Shown: positions 28,605 to 42,775 of the stretch, piece after piece
Position numbering within the stretch: position 1 is the first letter of the stretch
Layout: each line of letters opens with the position of its first letter
NCBI GenBank assembly: GCA_051294375.1
Contig: CM119269.1
Location: 19,162,418-19,226,417, forward strand
DNA length: 64,000 nt
Origin: Paraspadella gotoi
Lineage: Eukaryota; Animalia; Chaetognatha
Reading direction: 5' to 3'
Made by a program: the position numbers and the translations under genes
Notes under the pieces: model-generated
Seen by the model: the letters and a program-made list of their open reading frames with translations, nothing else
Databases searched by the model: none
What the model was told of the DNA's origin: nothing

Positions 28605-31600
28605 CTCTTTCTCTCTCTCCCACTCCCAGAGACCTTTCGGCGAGGACGAAGGTTTAAAAGCAGAGTCTGAATGCACAGACTGCCCGCCGGTCACGATGCC
28701 CGCGGGAGGGTAATGACGGAACCGGAGCCGTGCGGGAGGGAAAGTTTTCGGTGAGTTACTCGGTTTACCTACTAGTTTAGTTAATTTTCCAAAAATAAAA
28801 CAAAGATTACTTAAAATTCGCAAAATCTATCAGAAACCAAAGGACGTGTGCTTCACCTGTTGGGCGGGTCACACTGCGATTCGGAAAAAACTTCGTTGCA
28901 ATCCATGATGGACGACAAAAATGTCGGCTGGAACTTTCTGTCCTCAGGACAAGATTCTCTTCCGGATCTCACGACCAACGCCTGCAAGCTGGGCCACTAT
29001 TGTCTCAAAGGGGTAAATAGAAGGACCTCGAGAGTCGAGAGATGTTTCCTACTTATGGTCAAGCTATCAAATATAAATAGTGCTCGTGCGGAATTAGGTG
29101 GTTTTCTAAGTGATAATTTCTCGTAGTTAAGTAGATCGGATCGTAACGAGATAAATGAAGAGCACATAGTAAGAGGGCATGGGAGAAAACATTGATGCAA
29201 AAATTTATTTTTTTTTATTTCTTAGTGAAAGCGATGAAACAGATTTTTAGAGAAAATTTCGGTTCTAATTTGGGATATGGGTTAAGGAAATTGAAAGAGA
29301 TAGAGAGACAGAGAGAGAGAGACAGAGAGAGAACTCACTTGATTATCTCCTATTCATATAGTTTATATCTTGTTCACATACCAGACAAGACAGAACAACC
29401 TTGTCCAAGTGGAAAGTACGGCCACGAACTGGACTCAGAAATGTCACGGAGTGTCTTCAATGCCCACCTGGGTATTTTGCTACCCAGAAGGGGATCAGTG
29501 AAAAATTGTAAGTCTCTTTCCAATAGTATTTTTTTTTAATCAGTTCAATCAAGTGTTAATTTTCCATTAAATATTTCGTTTTCTTTTCTTTTTCTGTAGA
29601 CGAGAGTCAAGCGTGTCCAGACGGCTACTTTTGCCCAGAAGGAACGGGCCATCACTTGTCTAATCCTTGCCCAATTGGATATTACAGAAAACGTAAGATC
29701 TAAACTAAATTAAACTTTATCCAGAATGGTATTATACTTAATAAAATCGTGAAAAAAATTAGTTCATTTTGAGACTCCACTACATCAATTTTTGCATTCT
29801 TCATGATGATAACTGAGAAATGTGCATGCACATTATTCTATGTATGATGACCAATTTATCTGTCTTTCCTTCCAGGATCGTCAGCAATTCCGTTAGCGAC
29901 TGTACCCCTCTGTATTTCGGGATTTATTCGACGAGCAAGGGCTGGCCACTCCAAAGATATGCCCTCGAGCCAATTCTGCCCAACAGGAGCTTTAAACTCC
30001 ACTCCTTGTGACCGGGTTACTATCCAACGCCACGGGGCTTTTCCGGCTCGCACCAATGCAACCCTTGCCCTGGGGAAGGTACTGCGCCGGATATGAATTA
30101 CTAAATCATCGGGGCCGTGCGAGGAAGGCTTCTACTGCAGAACTAAGGCAGTCTCTGAGGTAAGGTTCTTTCTCAGGAGTACTTATTTTTTTCTTTTTAG
30201 TTGATAATTAATTTCATTACTACGTAATAATCTCACAAAAAAATTGACAAAAATATTTTTTACTGTTATTTAAACATCATTGTTTAAGTAAAAAGCTAAC
30301 TTTTATATAATTATATAAGTATATATTTAAAAAAGTTTTTACCTGAACCAGATTTTCTTTCATTAGGCGCCAGTTGACGGTTGCGACTGGTGGGGCTCTG
30401 TCTTAAGGGTGGTTACTGCCCAGAAGGGTCAGCTTGGCCAGAAGCGTGCAAGCCTGGGTACTACACAAACAAGATAGGAGCCAAAACTTTCACGATTGCC
30501 TCTCATTGCGATCCCGGGTATGGAAAGGGTGAGAGATGCAATGAGGTTAACTTATTGTACTCAGTTTGATCTTTAATGGAGATAACATGTAAAAAATTGA
30601 TCGATACAAAAACTAAGTTATGTATGTGTGATCTCATGTCATCTTGGCAATGTAGTGATGCGTGCAAAATTACTCATAACTTAAGAAAATATAGAAAAAA
30701 TTGTTTTAATTATTTCCCTTACATTTTGCCTCGCCTCAACAGAAAGTAATTGTCCGGGTGGTGCTGGCGAAGACGCCAGTCTCAATGTCACGCGGGTTAT
30801 TACTGTCCTGGAGGCTCTAAAGTCCCCAACGATAAGAAGCAAAAGCGGGCACTACAGCAAAGAGGTAAGGTCTCAAAGTGACCTTGCTACCTTTTTACTC
30901 TCTACCTTTGGCCCTCAAAAAATTAAAATATGTATTATCATTATCCTTATTATCATAATCCTCACAAATCTCTGTAGGCGTCTTACATTGACACACCATG
31001 CAATCCTGCTACTATCAGCCCTCCAGTGGGCAGTCTGAATGTCGCCTGTGCATCCAGGGCAGCTTTTGTACGAGACAGGCACGGCTGATGCAACGCTCTG
31101 CCCGAAGGCTTTCTACTGCCCTCTCGAAGCGTCATTCCCATTGCGTGCCACGTTGTAAGACAATCCGTTTTTTGGAAGCATCCAACTTCCCAGTCAGCTT
31201 TTTTTTTTCTTCTTTCTTCTTTTTTTTTTTTAAATTTTTCCCCTTTCAGTCTCTCACTGACAGTAAAAATTTCCCTAACCTTCACCATCGTATGGGAACT
31301 TTCCTCGATGTGGAAGGTAAGGACTCGGAATATGCCTGCGAGCTCTGTCCCTTGGGGTACTACTGCAACGAAACGGGCCTGGCGAAACCGAAGGGAAAAT
31401 GTGCGGCTGGTCACTAATTGTAACAGGAGAATTCTACTTCGCCGTTTCCAGTAAGAGAATACTTCTACTAAAAAAACAGAGAGATAAGAGAGAGATATCG
31501 TTTTTAAAGTATTTCGTCTGTTCCAATTATATCATGAATGGTACTAGCTTTAATGGTAGCTTCGTGACATAGTGAAACACTCATTATCAAAGCAAAATGA

Positions 31601-34600
31601 AAAAAAAGTCACCCCATAGTCTATATTCCCCTTCTTGAATATAATTTTTCGTCGACTACCATTCATAACTCCTCCATATGAAGGACAAATCGGCTGGCGA
31701 CGATTTTGGTGACATTTGCCCCCGGGATTTTTCTGCATCGAGGCACAATCACGCAAACAGTGCGGCAACGGAACTTACAGCAACTCCAGTGGCCTTAGGC
31801 CGAAGAGGATTGCGAGCCCTGCGACGCCGGGCGGGTCTGTACGGGCTCGGCCTGACTGAGGCCCAACGGAGTCTGCGCTAAAGGTGCGAGTGAAAGAGAA
31901 AATTTTCTATTTTTATGCAGTTACCTTTATTTAACTCTGTTTGAATTTTCGCCTTCCTTCCTCCTTTCCTTTTCGTCCTTTCCTTCCTTCCTTCCCTCTT
32001 TCGCCTTCCTATTTTTCCCTTTCCTTAACTTTGTCAGGGTTTTACTGCTTGCCGGCGCCAAAACTCCAACTCCGAGGACAAAATTACCGGGGGGAATGTG
32101 CCCGGGCGGTTACTATTGCCCTCAAGGCAGCACTCATCCCCTGCGATGCCCTCCTGGGCTTTATCAAGAGCGAGGGCAAGGAGGCCTGCGACCCTTGTCC
32201 GGCCGGTTTTTACTGCAGGGGTGAATATATAGACGTTTTAGCACCTGATGGAGGAACATTATTAGTAAAGTGACAATATTCCTATTATAGTTTAGAGAAC
32301 TTTTAATCACTTTTTAAGCACGATTTAAAGAAAATGTTACCGGCGTTTAATTTTTTTTGTTTTTAAATCTTAATTTTTTTAGACAAAAAAATTTAAAGCG
32401 TTAAAGCATTAAATATTGCCTTTTGTTAACTGTTTTTGTGATCTCGTTGGCAGGAAACGAATGGATGCGAGTCAAGAACCCCTGCCTTGGGTCATTACTG
32501 TCCCGATGGCTCCGAGTCAGGTGTGCCCTGCCCAAGAGCACATTCAACAATGAGACGGAAAGGAAGAGTGTTAGTGCGTGCTCGCCATGATGTAAAGGGT
32601 AAGTAAAAAAAAAATAGAAGAGCTAACAGCAACGGGAAACCGAAAATGAAATTAAGAAAGACAATAAAGTTTTTTGATTCCACTAGGCCGATACTGTTTC
32701 GCCTCTGTCTCGAAGATTCTTCCCAAATTCCCGGCACCGGAGAATGCGCGGCCGGATTCTATTGCGAATCCGGCGTGACTACCGCCACCCCCGGAGCCCC
32801 CGAACCAACATTTTGGTGCACCCACGACCACAGACGCATCGCCACATCTCGCCCTGCAACGTCTCGACCGTGCCGGAAACGTGGCGGATCCTGCCCCGGG
32901 TCACTTTTGTCTCAAGGGCGGACTAGGGGGCCCCCAGCGGTCGGTATCCATCTCCTTGCCCCGTGGGAACGTTTTTTTGGGTAGTAAAGATGGACCGGGT
33001 TGCGATGTTTTTGAAGTTACGTGTCGTCAATAAAAATTTGATCAAAATTTAATTAGAATAACGTAATTCATAAAGAAAATTAAGGCCACTCAGTATAAAG
33101 ACTTGATCTTTTTTATCTGTCTCATCGAGTCCTTTAAAAAGGATGGTTGCTGTTAAGAGAGGAAAATAATTTTGGAAAAAAAAACCAGACCAAAAAAAGC
33201 NNNNNNNNNNNNNNNNNNNNNNNNNTCTTTCTCCTTTTCCTTCTCCTTTTTCTCCTTCTTCTTGTCCTTCTTTTCTCCCTTTTCCTTTTTCTTCTTCTCC
33301 ACCTTTTTCTTTTTCTCTCCTTCCTCCTTGAGATTTTCTATCTTCCACTCCATTGTGCCGGTGACCTCGACGAGCTCGTGGCCTCCGAAGGCGGGGAACA
33401 CGCGCTGCAGAACCTGGTAGAATATACTTGTAAGTTGTAACGTTCTTGTTCTAGTACTTGTAATTTCTTCGATTCATGATGTTTCCTTTGTTATGGTTGA
33501 ATCTCTTTTTTATTAGGTAAATTTCGTTACATTAAATAAGATTATTTAATATTCCTTATTCTCTTGCTCCTTTCCTTCCCTATTTTATTTTCTCTACTTT
33601 CTCTACTCTCTCTATTTTTCTTTTCTTTTTCCCACACTTTTTTCTTTCTTACCTTTTGCATTATCTGGAACGACTGCGACGCCTTCCAGGGGAGCTCCAT
33701 CTGCTTGGCTTCCTTGTCCTCCAGGATGATGGAGCCTCTATTGGAGTCGGCGACGCTTCGCTCCTGTTGCGAAGTTTCGATCCAGTTGATGACAATATGA
33801 CTTTTTATTCCATCGCTACGTTTCTCACTTTCCAAAGACTCCTCAATCTTACCCTGTAACTGCCGCTTCTGGAGAAGCTGACGACTCTCTGTAGGGTGGG
33901 GCTCTTTGCGCTCATCAGTTGACTTCCGGTGTCGGGCTTGAAGGTGGGATGTGGAAGGGAATGGGATAGAAGGGGTCGGAAGAGTAAGAAAAGAGGAGGG
34001 AAATGTAAAGAGTCCGGTCTATTTAGATTCTTCTTTTAAATCTAAACAATTCACCTTGACTCTCCTGCTGTGGGTATTGACTCCGGTGGTTAGCTCGAAG
34101 GTGTGTTTGATGCTTTCCTTGTTTCCTTTTAATCCTTGATACTGATAGACGGGAATCCATTCCTCCCTCACTTCCACCTGGAAAAAAATGTNNNNNNNNN
34201 NNNNNNNNNNNNNNNNNNNNNNNNNNNNNNNNNNNNNNNNNNNNNNNNNNNNNNNNNNNNNNNNNNNNNNNNNNNNNNNNNNNNNNNNNNNNNNNNNNNN
34301 NNNNNNNNNNNNNNNNNNNNNNNNNNNNNNNNNNNNNNNNNNNNNNNNNNNNNNNNNNNNNNNNNNNNNNNNNNNNNNNNNNNNNNNNNNNNNNNNNNNN
34401 NNNNNNNNNNNNNNNNNNNNNNNNNNNNNNNNNNNNNNNNNNNNNNNNNNNNNNNNNNNNNNNNNNNNNNNNNNNNNNNNNNNNNNNNNNNNNNNNNNNN
34501 NNNNNNNNNNNNNNNNNNNNNNNNNNNNNNNNNNNNNNNNNNNNNNNNNNNNNNNNNNNNNNNNNNNNNNNNNNNNNNNNNNNNNNNNNNNNNNNNNNNN

Positions 34601-36100
34601 NNNNNNNNNNNNNNNNNNNNNNNNNNNNNNNNNNNNNNNNNNNNNNNNNNNNNNNNNNNNNNNNNNNNNTAAAAAAGGTATTAAAATAGATAAATAACTT
34701 TGCGATCGTCACCTGAATTGTTTGTCAGTCGTCGGACTTAAAATGTCGTCGTCGGCTGAGGCGGAGCCACTTCCGCCCCCGATCACGCCCCCTCGAATCT
34801 GGGTGGTGAGGTGATGGGAGAAGAGTTGGGCAGCGAGGAAAGAAGGAATTGTGAGCGAATAAAAGAAAATGAAAGCGAAAGAGAATCTGGAGAAATATAA
34901 GTTAGGTCAAGTAAGTTCGTAAAAGTGAGGGCAAAGGGGCTACAGTCAATCAAAGTAAAAGTAATCCACCACAGTTCACGCAACGACTTTGACAGGTTCA
35001 CGTGATTTGATTTCATCAGAGATCACAACACATGACGCCATGCGACGAAATTAATCGAAAAAACTGACCGAAAAAGATTAGCATAAAATTATAATAAAAT
35101 TAGAATGACCCATAAGGAGCTAATTGTATAGTGAGCTCTAAGCACGACCAAACAAAAACTAAAGGTTGGTGATATTTATAGAACAAAATTAAAAAGAAAG
35201 AAGGGTTTGAGTTTTTTAATTCGTTACAAACGCACCTGTAAAGAAGAACCCATGCCTTTATTGCCATGCAATCCGCCGGAAGCGCATATGATCAGTTCCA
35301 GCTCGTTTCTCTCTTTGCTGTGACTGAAATCCACCTGTNNNNNNNNNNNNNNNNNNNNNNNNNNNNNNNNNNNNNNNNNNNNNNNNNNNNNNNNNNNNNN
35401 NNNNNNNNNNNNNNNNNNNNNNNNNNNNNNNNNNNNNNNNNNNNNNNNNNNNNNNNNNNNNNNNNNNNNNNNNNNNNNNNNNNNNNNNNNNNNNNNNNNN
35501 NNNNNNNNNNNNNNNNNNNNNNNNNNNNNNNNNNNNNNNNNNNNNNNNNNNNNNNNNNNNNNNNNNNNNNNNNNNNNNNNNNNNNNNNNNNNNNNNNNNN
35601 NNNNNNNNNNNNNNNNNNNNNNNNNNNNNNNNNNNNNNNNNNNNNNNNNNNNNNNNNNAACTGACGTACGGATACTAACCTTGACAGCGGTGTCCGTCGA
35701 TCTGTGGATGATTCTTCCTGTTTCGTCATCGTAGAAAAAAAGAGCTTCTGGGTTTTCCACGTACTTGAGAGGACGAACGATTTCAGTAAGGCGGGGGGGG
35801 GGTTGAAAAGGAAATATTAAGTTACTGAGTTTCTCATGACATTTTCTGGGTGTCGTCTCAATTAACTCGCTATTTAAATACGATTTAAAACAGCTATTTG
35901 GTTTTTCTCTCATGAATCTTTAAATAAACGTCGGTTTTTTTCTTTTTTTTTTCTTTTTTTTTTAAATTTGGCACTTGACATTTGAAAATTGGCTTTGGTG
36001 GTATTTTGCAGGATGTTTTTCTCGCTCTCTTCCTCCCTTGTTTTTCATAACTCGAGATATCAAAAAAGAAATTAACAATAGAAAAATGCCACGACAATCT

Positions 36101-36141
<41 letters not shown>

Positions 36142-39004
36142 TTATCACCTGCATTGGGGCGAGAAGCAATTTGAGAATCTTGATGTTTTTAATTCCGTTG
36201 AAATAATTGTATTCGACTGGGACGACGAATTCCTTGAGTCTCGTCAGCGCGTTTACGTGAATTAAATATCTGTCGAGGGTAAATTTGTAATCAGTTGTCG
36301 ACAAAAATAGCCATCAGTTTGAAGATAAAAATAAAAGAGAAAAAGTAAAAAGAGAAAAGGTTGTTATAAGTAATAAAAGTATGTAAATAAAAAGTTTTCA
36401 TCAGCTTTTCAATAAAAGAGCGTTCAGTTCGATCAGTTCCTGAAGAAAAAGTGCAATCAGTTCGATCATTTTCTAAAGAGAAGATTTGTTTTAATCGGGA
36501 GGACGAGAAGGTGCGATTGAGTTGAATAAAAAAATAAATTCCTTATAATTCTGAGAAAAAAAAAAGTTGCAACCTGCTACATGACATAATGAGAAGCGGG
36601 AATCCAATAAGGAAACACGAGGAGACATAAACTTAGAAATTATTCTAGGTTATCCCAAACGATTCAATATGCAAATGAGATTGAAGAACTTAAAGTTTCT
36701 CCCATACGCCCGCGACTCACCCCCACTCTCCGTGTTTCCTCTCGAAATAAAATTCAGCGCGGAGAGATCGATCGGAGACGAGCACGAGTTTGTAGCGGTT
36801 GGGGAATCGGTGGGTCTCCCTGCAAAGCGGGGAAAAAAAGGGGGGATGGGTAAGAAAAATATATGAGCGGGTAAGGTTTGAGTTTGTGTTTACTGCAGAG
36901 AGGAGGAAGATGTAGTTTTTAGAATGAGAGTCGAACGGCCGGAGAAGATAAGGGTTGATTGAGTACAGTGAGAACTGAGAAGAGTCAGTATTGAGTAATA
37001 AGGCGTAGTAAAATTCCTAAGTTTAACTTTAATTAAAATTCTAAAAGTGAGGAACGAACAACATTATACTTATGAACATTTATGTATAAAAAAAATTTAT
37101 AAAAAATTTTACAATTTACGCAGTAGGCCATATTTATACTAGTACTAAACCAATAAATGTTAAAATTTCAAAACAGTTTTTTCTAAAATTTTTTTGCAGA
37201 TTTGGATTTGTCATAAAAAGTTGATAAAAAGAAATATAACTCTTTTTGAAAAATTCCTTCATTAAGTGGGTCAAAAATTAGAAAAAGCTATATTTTAAGC
37301 TGAAAATTAACTTTTTATATATTAAATATAGTTTTTTTAATTTTTAACCCACTTAATGAAAGAATTTTTAAAAATGATTTATATTTTCTTTTATCAACTT
37401 TTGACGAGGAATTCAAATCTGCAATCAAAATTAAGAAAAGCCTATTTTGAAATTTTTCGATTTTATAAGGATAGTACTATATATAAATATAGCCTACTGC
37501 AAAAATTATAAAACATAAAATTAATTTTTTTTACAAATTAATGTTCACTGATGGTATGTTGTTCATAATTGACTTTTAGAATTTTCGTATGTAACTTTCA
37601 CTACGCCTTATTGAGTAAGGTGAGAATTTAAAATTGTTCCTTTTTCCTCGTTTCCCGACCTTCAACTTGAAAACAATTTTATAAAGTTGTAAAGAATCAA
37701 GGTCGACAAAACTTAAGAATCAAGGTTGTGATTTTTTTAATTTTTATAATTTATGGGAGAAAAAGTAAAAAAAAATAAAACTTGGATGAAGAATCCATTT
37801 AAAACCGAAGCCTTAGACGAATAGATAAGACCTTGGTTGTTGAAGTAAAGTTTTTTTTCGTTGCCATCACCACCATTAAAGTGAATGGTCTACCATTGCA
37901 AATTAATAACTAATTAATAATTAATAACTTTGACCGCTTCCCCCAAAATTATCCGCCGTTTTGGTTTTAAACTCGACCCTCGCGGATCCCACCCCCGACT
38001 TATCCACTCGCCTGAGCCCGACGTAGAGCGGCACGTAGGACCCGTCGATCTCTTTGGTGTGCCAACTTCTGAGGCTGCCCTTCGGACCCACGTGGCGCAG
38101 CCCCTCGTCCGAGAAGGACTCCTCCAGAGGAGCCTTGGACTTTTTGTTGCCCATCGAACTGTGGTCGGGGAATGTGTGTGGAGCGGGAGAAGAGGGGAAT
38201 AACAAAAAAGAGATTAAAAAAAAAAACATTAAAAAAAAAGACATCCACTTAAAAAAAAATGGCAGCCACTTTAACCATCCTTTATATATTAAAAACATCA
38301 CAATATATACGATCATATTAAAAAATTTCAAAATATCAACATCAGCGAAAACAAGGTATACAAAAGGGTTCTAATGTTGTGACCCCCTTAAAAGGGTTCC
38401 GCATCATCTGCATCAACGTTAACAACATCGTCAACATCAAAGTCTCACCTTTCTCTTCTATTCCCAAATATCGCCTCCGCCAAGGAGGGAGCAAGTTCGA
38501 CTCCTTTCCTTCGGAGTTTCTCGATCGCGTCGAGCATAAATATTTCTCTTCCGTTGTTGTTGTTGTTGTTTTTTGTTGTTGTTGTGTCGACGGATACTCA
38601 AATTAAATCTACGAAGAATAGAGTATTCGTTTAAAATTATTGCCCAGGGAACAATCGGTGGGAATAGTAGAGAAAGTATCATATTTTAATGGTCGTACCA
38701 ATTTCTTTAGATTAAGCCGAGGTTGTTTTACTTTAGAAAAGAAAAAAAAAACTCCTTGCACGAGAGAATACAAAAAAAGTGTCAAGGCGAGAACAATTTT
38801 TTTTTATATAACTCAATTCCAACGCCTCTTATTTTTTTTCGCCGAGGCGTCGACTAAAATAGAAACATTATGATGATGATGATGATGATGATGATNNNNN
38901 NNNNNATGAAGGTGATGATGATGATTGTGATCTAGAAGACGACGCTGATGATGACTATGACGACTATGAGAATGATAAATGATGAAGATTATTATGACTA
39001 TCCC

Positions 39005-39073
<69 letters not shown>

Positions 39074-42000
39074 AATTCGACCACAGCGTTGACCACAAAA
39101 ACGTCAGATTGGACCCTTACGACGATATTCTATTCAATTACGTAAAGCATAGGACAAGGTTGTTGAATAAAACTTACGTACATCTTAGATGCAGACAATG
39201 ACAATGACAATGATGTTGTGCGAAGACGACGACGCCGGCGACGACGATGAGAGCGACGACGATTTTTCTCCAACGGAACGCAAACCAACGGAAACCGAAG
39301 AGTCATGCGATTTTCGCGATGAAGAAACAACAAGAGAAAAAAAAATGGGTAGTGCTCCTAAAGAGTAAGGTAGGGTGGTCGTTATTTTTTTTTTCAAATG
39401 GCAATAAAAATAGGGGAAAATCGCTGAAAAACAAAATATGTTAGTATTTAATAGAAAAAATAAGGAGAGTGAGAAAATCAAAGATTTCTGTTTCCGCGCC
39501 CGGTGCGAAGAGAGTGTTACAAAAGGCAATAATTAATTACGAGACAAGTTTTGAATAGAAGAATAGTAGGTGGTCTATTGAAAATTGAGAGGGGGCTAAA
39601 AAAAGAAAAATGGCTAAGTTATGGAACGCAATGATGTACCGATGTTGTAAGAAGATGAGAGAGAGAGAGAGAGAGAGAGAGAGNNNNNNNNNNNNAAGGA
39701 AAGAAAAGAATGAATGAATGAAAGAAATGTATTAACTTAGTTTAAATGATTGGGAAAGCAAGAAGGGTCACGATACAGAAGGAGAGGAGAAAATAGAAAT
39801 TTAAGTTAGGGAAAAGAAAAAGGAAGAGAACAGATTCTAGGTTGAAAACGATTTATTATTGCTTCGTTATTTTTGAAATACACAAACATTTTAACACCTG
39901 GCGTGTTAAAAGAATGAAATGGGCCGTTGTGACGAGGTATTAATGCTATCGCTTGTCATTTGTTTCATATTTTTTTTATTGTTATGTTTTTCTTCCTCGT
40001 TCAAACGATAAATGAGAATTGAGCAAGACTAATTGCAGTAATAGCACTAAAAATAAAAAAGATAATTTTATAAATTTCAACAATTAAGGATCAATCGCGG
40101 ACACTGTAAATTGGAAAAGTATTAAGTATACCAATGAAAATCACGAGTAAATATTATCATTATGGTTCCTAACATTTACACTAGGCCATTGGCAATTTTT
40201 TTTTTAGTCAGAGACAGAAACTTTTAGGTCAAGGTTACAACCGTAACTCGTATCAATATATTTGAACCCAAAAGCAGAAAGCGAAGATAGAAAATAGGCT
40301 TCGGCGTTTAGTGTCGGATGCTCTCTCAGTTCTTAGCAAAACTAGAGCCGAGGCTATGGCGTTGGGTTTCCATAAGAGTTGAGGTGAAAAGGCAAAGAAT
40401 AGACGCGTTGTTTGGTGAAAAGACCGCCATTTTTTTTTTATCGGGGCTTTTTATGTTTTCCTTCTATGGCGAGGACGCTGTTTTCTCTCGCCGGTCGTTA
40501 ATTTCTTTTAGATATTTGTAGTATTACTGTATATTTGAGTATATGAAATTGGTACAACAAATATAAAGATTGGTACAACCAATATAAAAATTATTTGAAT
40601 CGTGTCATTGACAAGTTTTGTTAAAAAATGATCTGATGAATAAATTGAATAAATTTATTAAATGAATGGATAATTTTTATATTGTTGTACCAATTTCCTA
40701 AATGCAATCTATTGACTAAAATAAATATTTTTTAGGCATGAAACCAAAAAGAAAAACCGCTGAGAACGAACAGTTCTGTTCCAGAGCAACGCGCGAAAAT
40801 CGACTTGTTCGGATCTTCGTCCTTTAGTCTACAGGGTGTATGAAAAAGTGGCAGATTTTGTATCTGGCGTCTTGTATGGAGAGATGCGATGGCTGAAGCT
40901 GCTAATCTATTCCTAAACTATACGTAACAATTCAAATTTAGTTTACATTTTAAATTCAACCGAGCCGAATGTTATTCTTTGTATTTTTGCCGAAACCAAA
41001 AGGTTAATTATAACGATATTAGTGTTAATTGACAAAAAAAGGCGCTTGGTATAATATACACTGTATAGAAAACCCAAGGACGATATCGATGATAACGGTG
41101 ACGACGACGACGAAAACGACGCCGAAAACGACGCCCATGACGACGACGACGACGACGACAACTACGGACCACGCAAAAGCGCAATTTAAGGAGAGAATCT
41201 GAAATAAAGCAAAGACAGAATAAACATTGAAGAGAATTTGGAGAGGGAAGGAAATCTGAAAGGAAGGAGAGAAAAAGATTAATGAAGAAAATTAATAAAC
41301 AAAAAATATACAGTAGGATAAGTGAGAATTAAATGAAACAACGTTCTCATTTTAACAGGCGTCAAAATTTAGGAAGAATTCCGTTAAATGGATTCGAGAT
41401 GAAAATGAAAATGGGAAACTGATTCCGAGAAAAATCTGATTTTTTTTTCGTTAGAGACCATCGATTTTTCTCTTCATCCTCAGTTTCTGGCTTAAATTCC
41501 TTTCCGTTTCCATTGCCACCCTGCCAGATGCCATATCCATGCCATGCCAGATGCCATATCCATCTTCTTCCTTATCCAATATATATTTTTTGTCTTCTCT
41601 GACGGATGCCATCTCCAACCCTTTCTCTTCCGAGTGCCATCTCTACCGTCTCCCCTAAACGTTGCCATCTCTATCCTCTTCCCTGTCAGATGTCCCAATG
41701 ATCGAACATTTATCTGATATCATTTAGGTCCGATGCCCGATGCGTTCTTCATTGCATCCTTTGCCCGATCTTTCGTCCATTTAATCTCATCCCTCTCTTA
41801 ACGAATAGAAATAGAAAGTAATTTCCAACCCTGATAGCTGATACATCTTTCACTGTACAGACACTACTGTCCTGAAGGCACCAAACAGCCCACGGACAAC
41901 CCTTGCCCTGCGGGAACTCTCACCGACCACCGAAATCTCACAACAAAGGACGAGTGCGATCCTTGTCCGGCAAAATTTGCATGCTCGGCGGGTGAGGAAT

Positions 42001-42679
42001 GATTCATTTATTCATTCATTGATTGATTTATTGATTGATTGATTCATTCATTCATTCATCAGTCATTGATTTATTGATTGATTTATTCATTGATTGAAAG
42101 AATGACTACAAATTTAAAAAAAAAAACAGGAACCGGCGGGGCCAAACGCCCTTCGGAGTGCCTCAAGGGTCACTACTGTCCCGAGGGGACAGCATCCGAA
42201 TCAGAAATAAAATGTGTCTCGGGTTCTTGGACAAACCGAACAGATTTAGCCGCTCAAAAGGATTGCTACATCTGCCCCAGGGGCCGCTACTGCATTGGAG
42301 GCCAATCTTATGACGGGGATGAGTGTATCGAGGGAATGTACTGTCCCAAAGGTTCGCTGGACTGGTATAATATGAGAAGATATTTGATGTATTAAGCGTA
42401 CTCATTTAATAATAATAAGTTTGTGAAATGCTTTGTCTCTATGTATTTACAGGAACCAAAAAGGCGACTCAGCACAAATGCCCTGCAGGGACTTACTCTG
42501 GCAACAAGGGCAACTACAGAGTGGAGCAGTGCGACACATGTCCGCATGGGTCTTATTGTGAAAAGGGCAGCCGGGAACCAACCCCATGCCCCATCAGTGA
42601 GTCTATCATCGACGCTATGGAACCGATTACAGCATAAGTGATAATTATTCAGAAAAAAAAACATAATTTCTCTTGCGCA

Positions 42680-42775
<96 letters not shown>

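Noticed and set aside
27685-32980. Functional tandem exon duplication or mutually exclusive exon cassette
   Set aside because: Phases are incompatible for joint inclusion, indels are pervasive, and the junction lies at an N-gap.
4544-32980. Programmed frameshifting, RNA editing or an alternative genetic code to explain broken exons
   Set aside because: Indels also occur in introns and mostly differ between copies, as expected for unpolished long-read sequence. Clean regions translate with the standard code.
34023-35913. Long ORFs full of X
   Set aside because: They are open only because of N-gaps; the same applies at 9736-10140 and 16607-16905.
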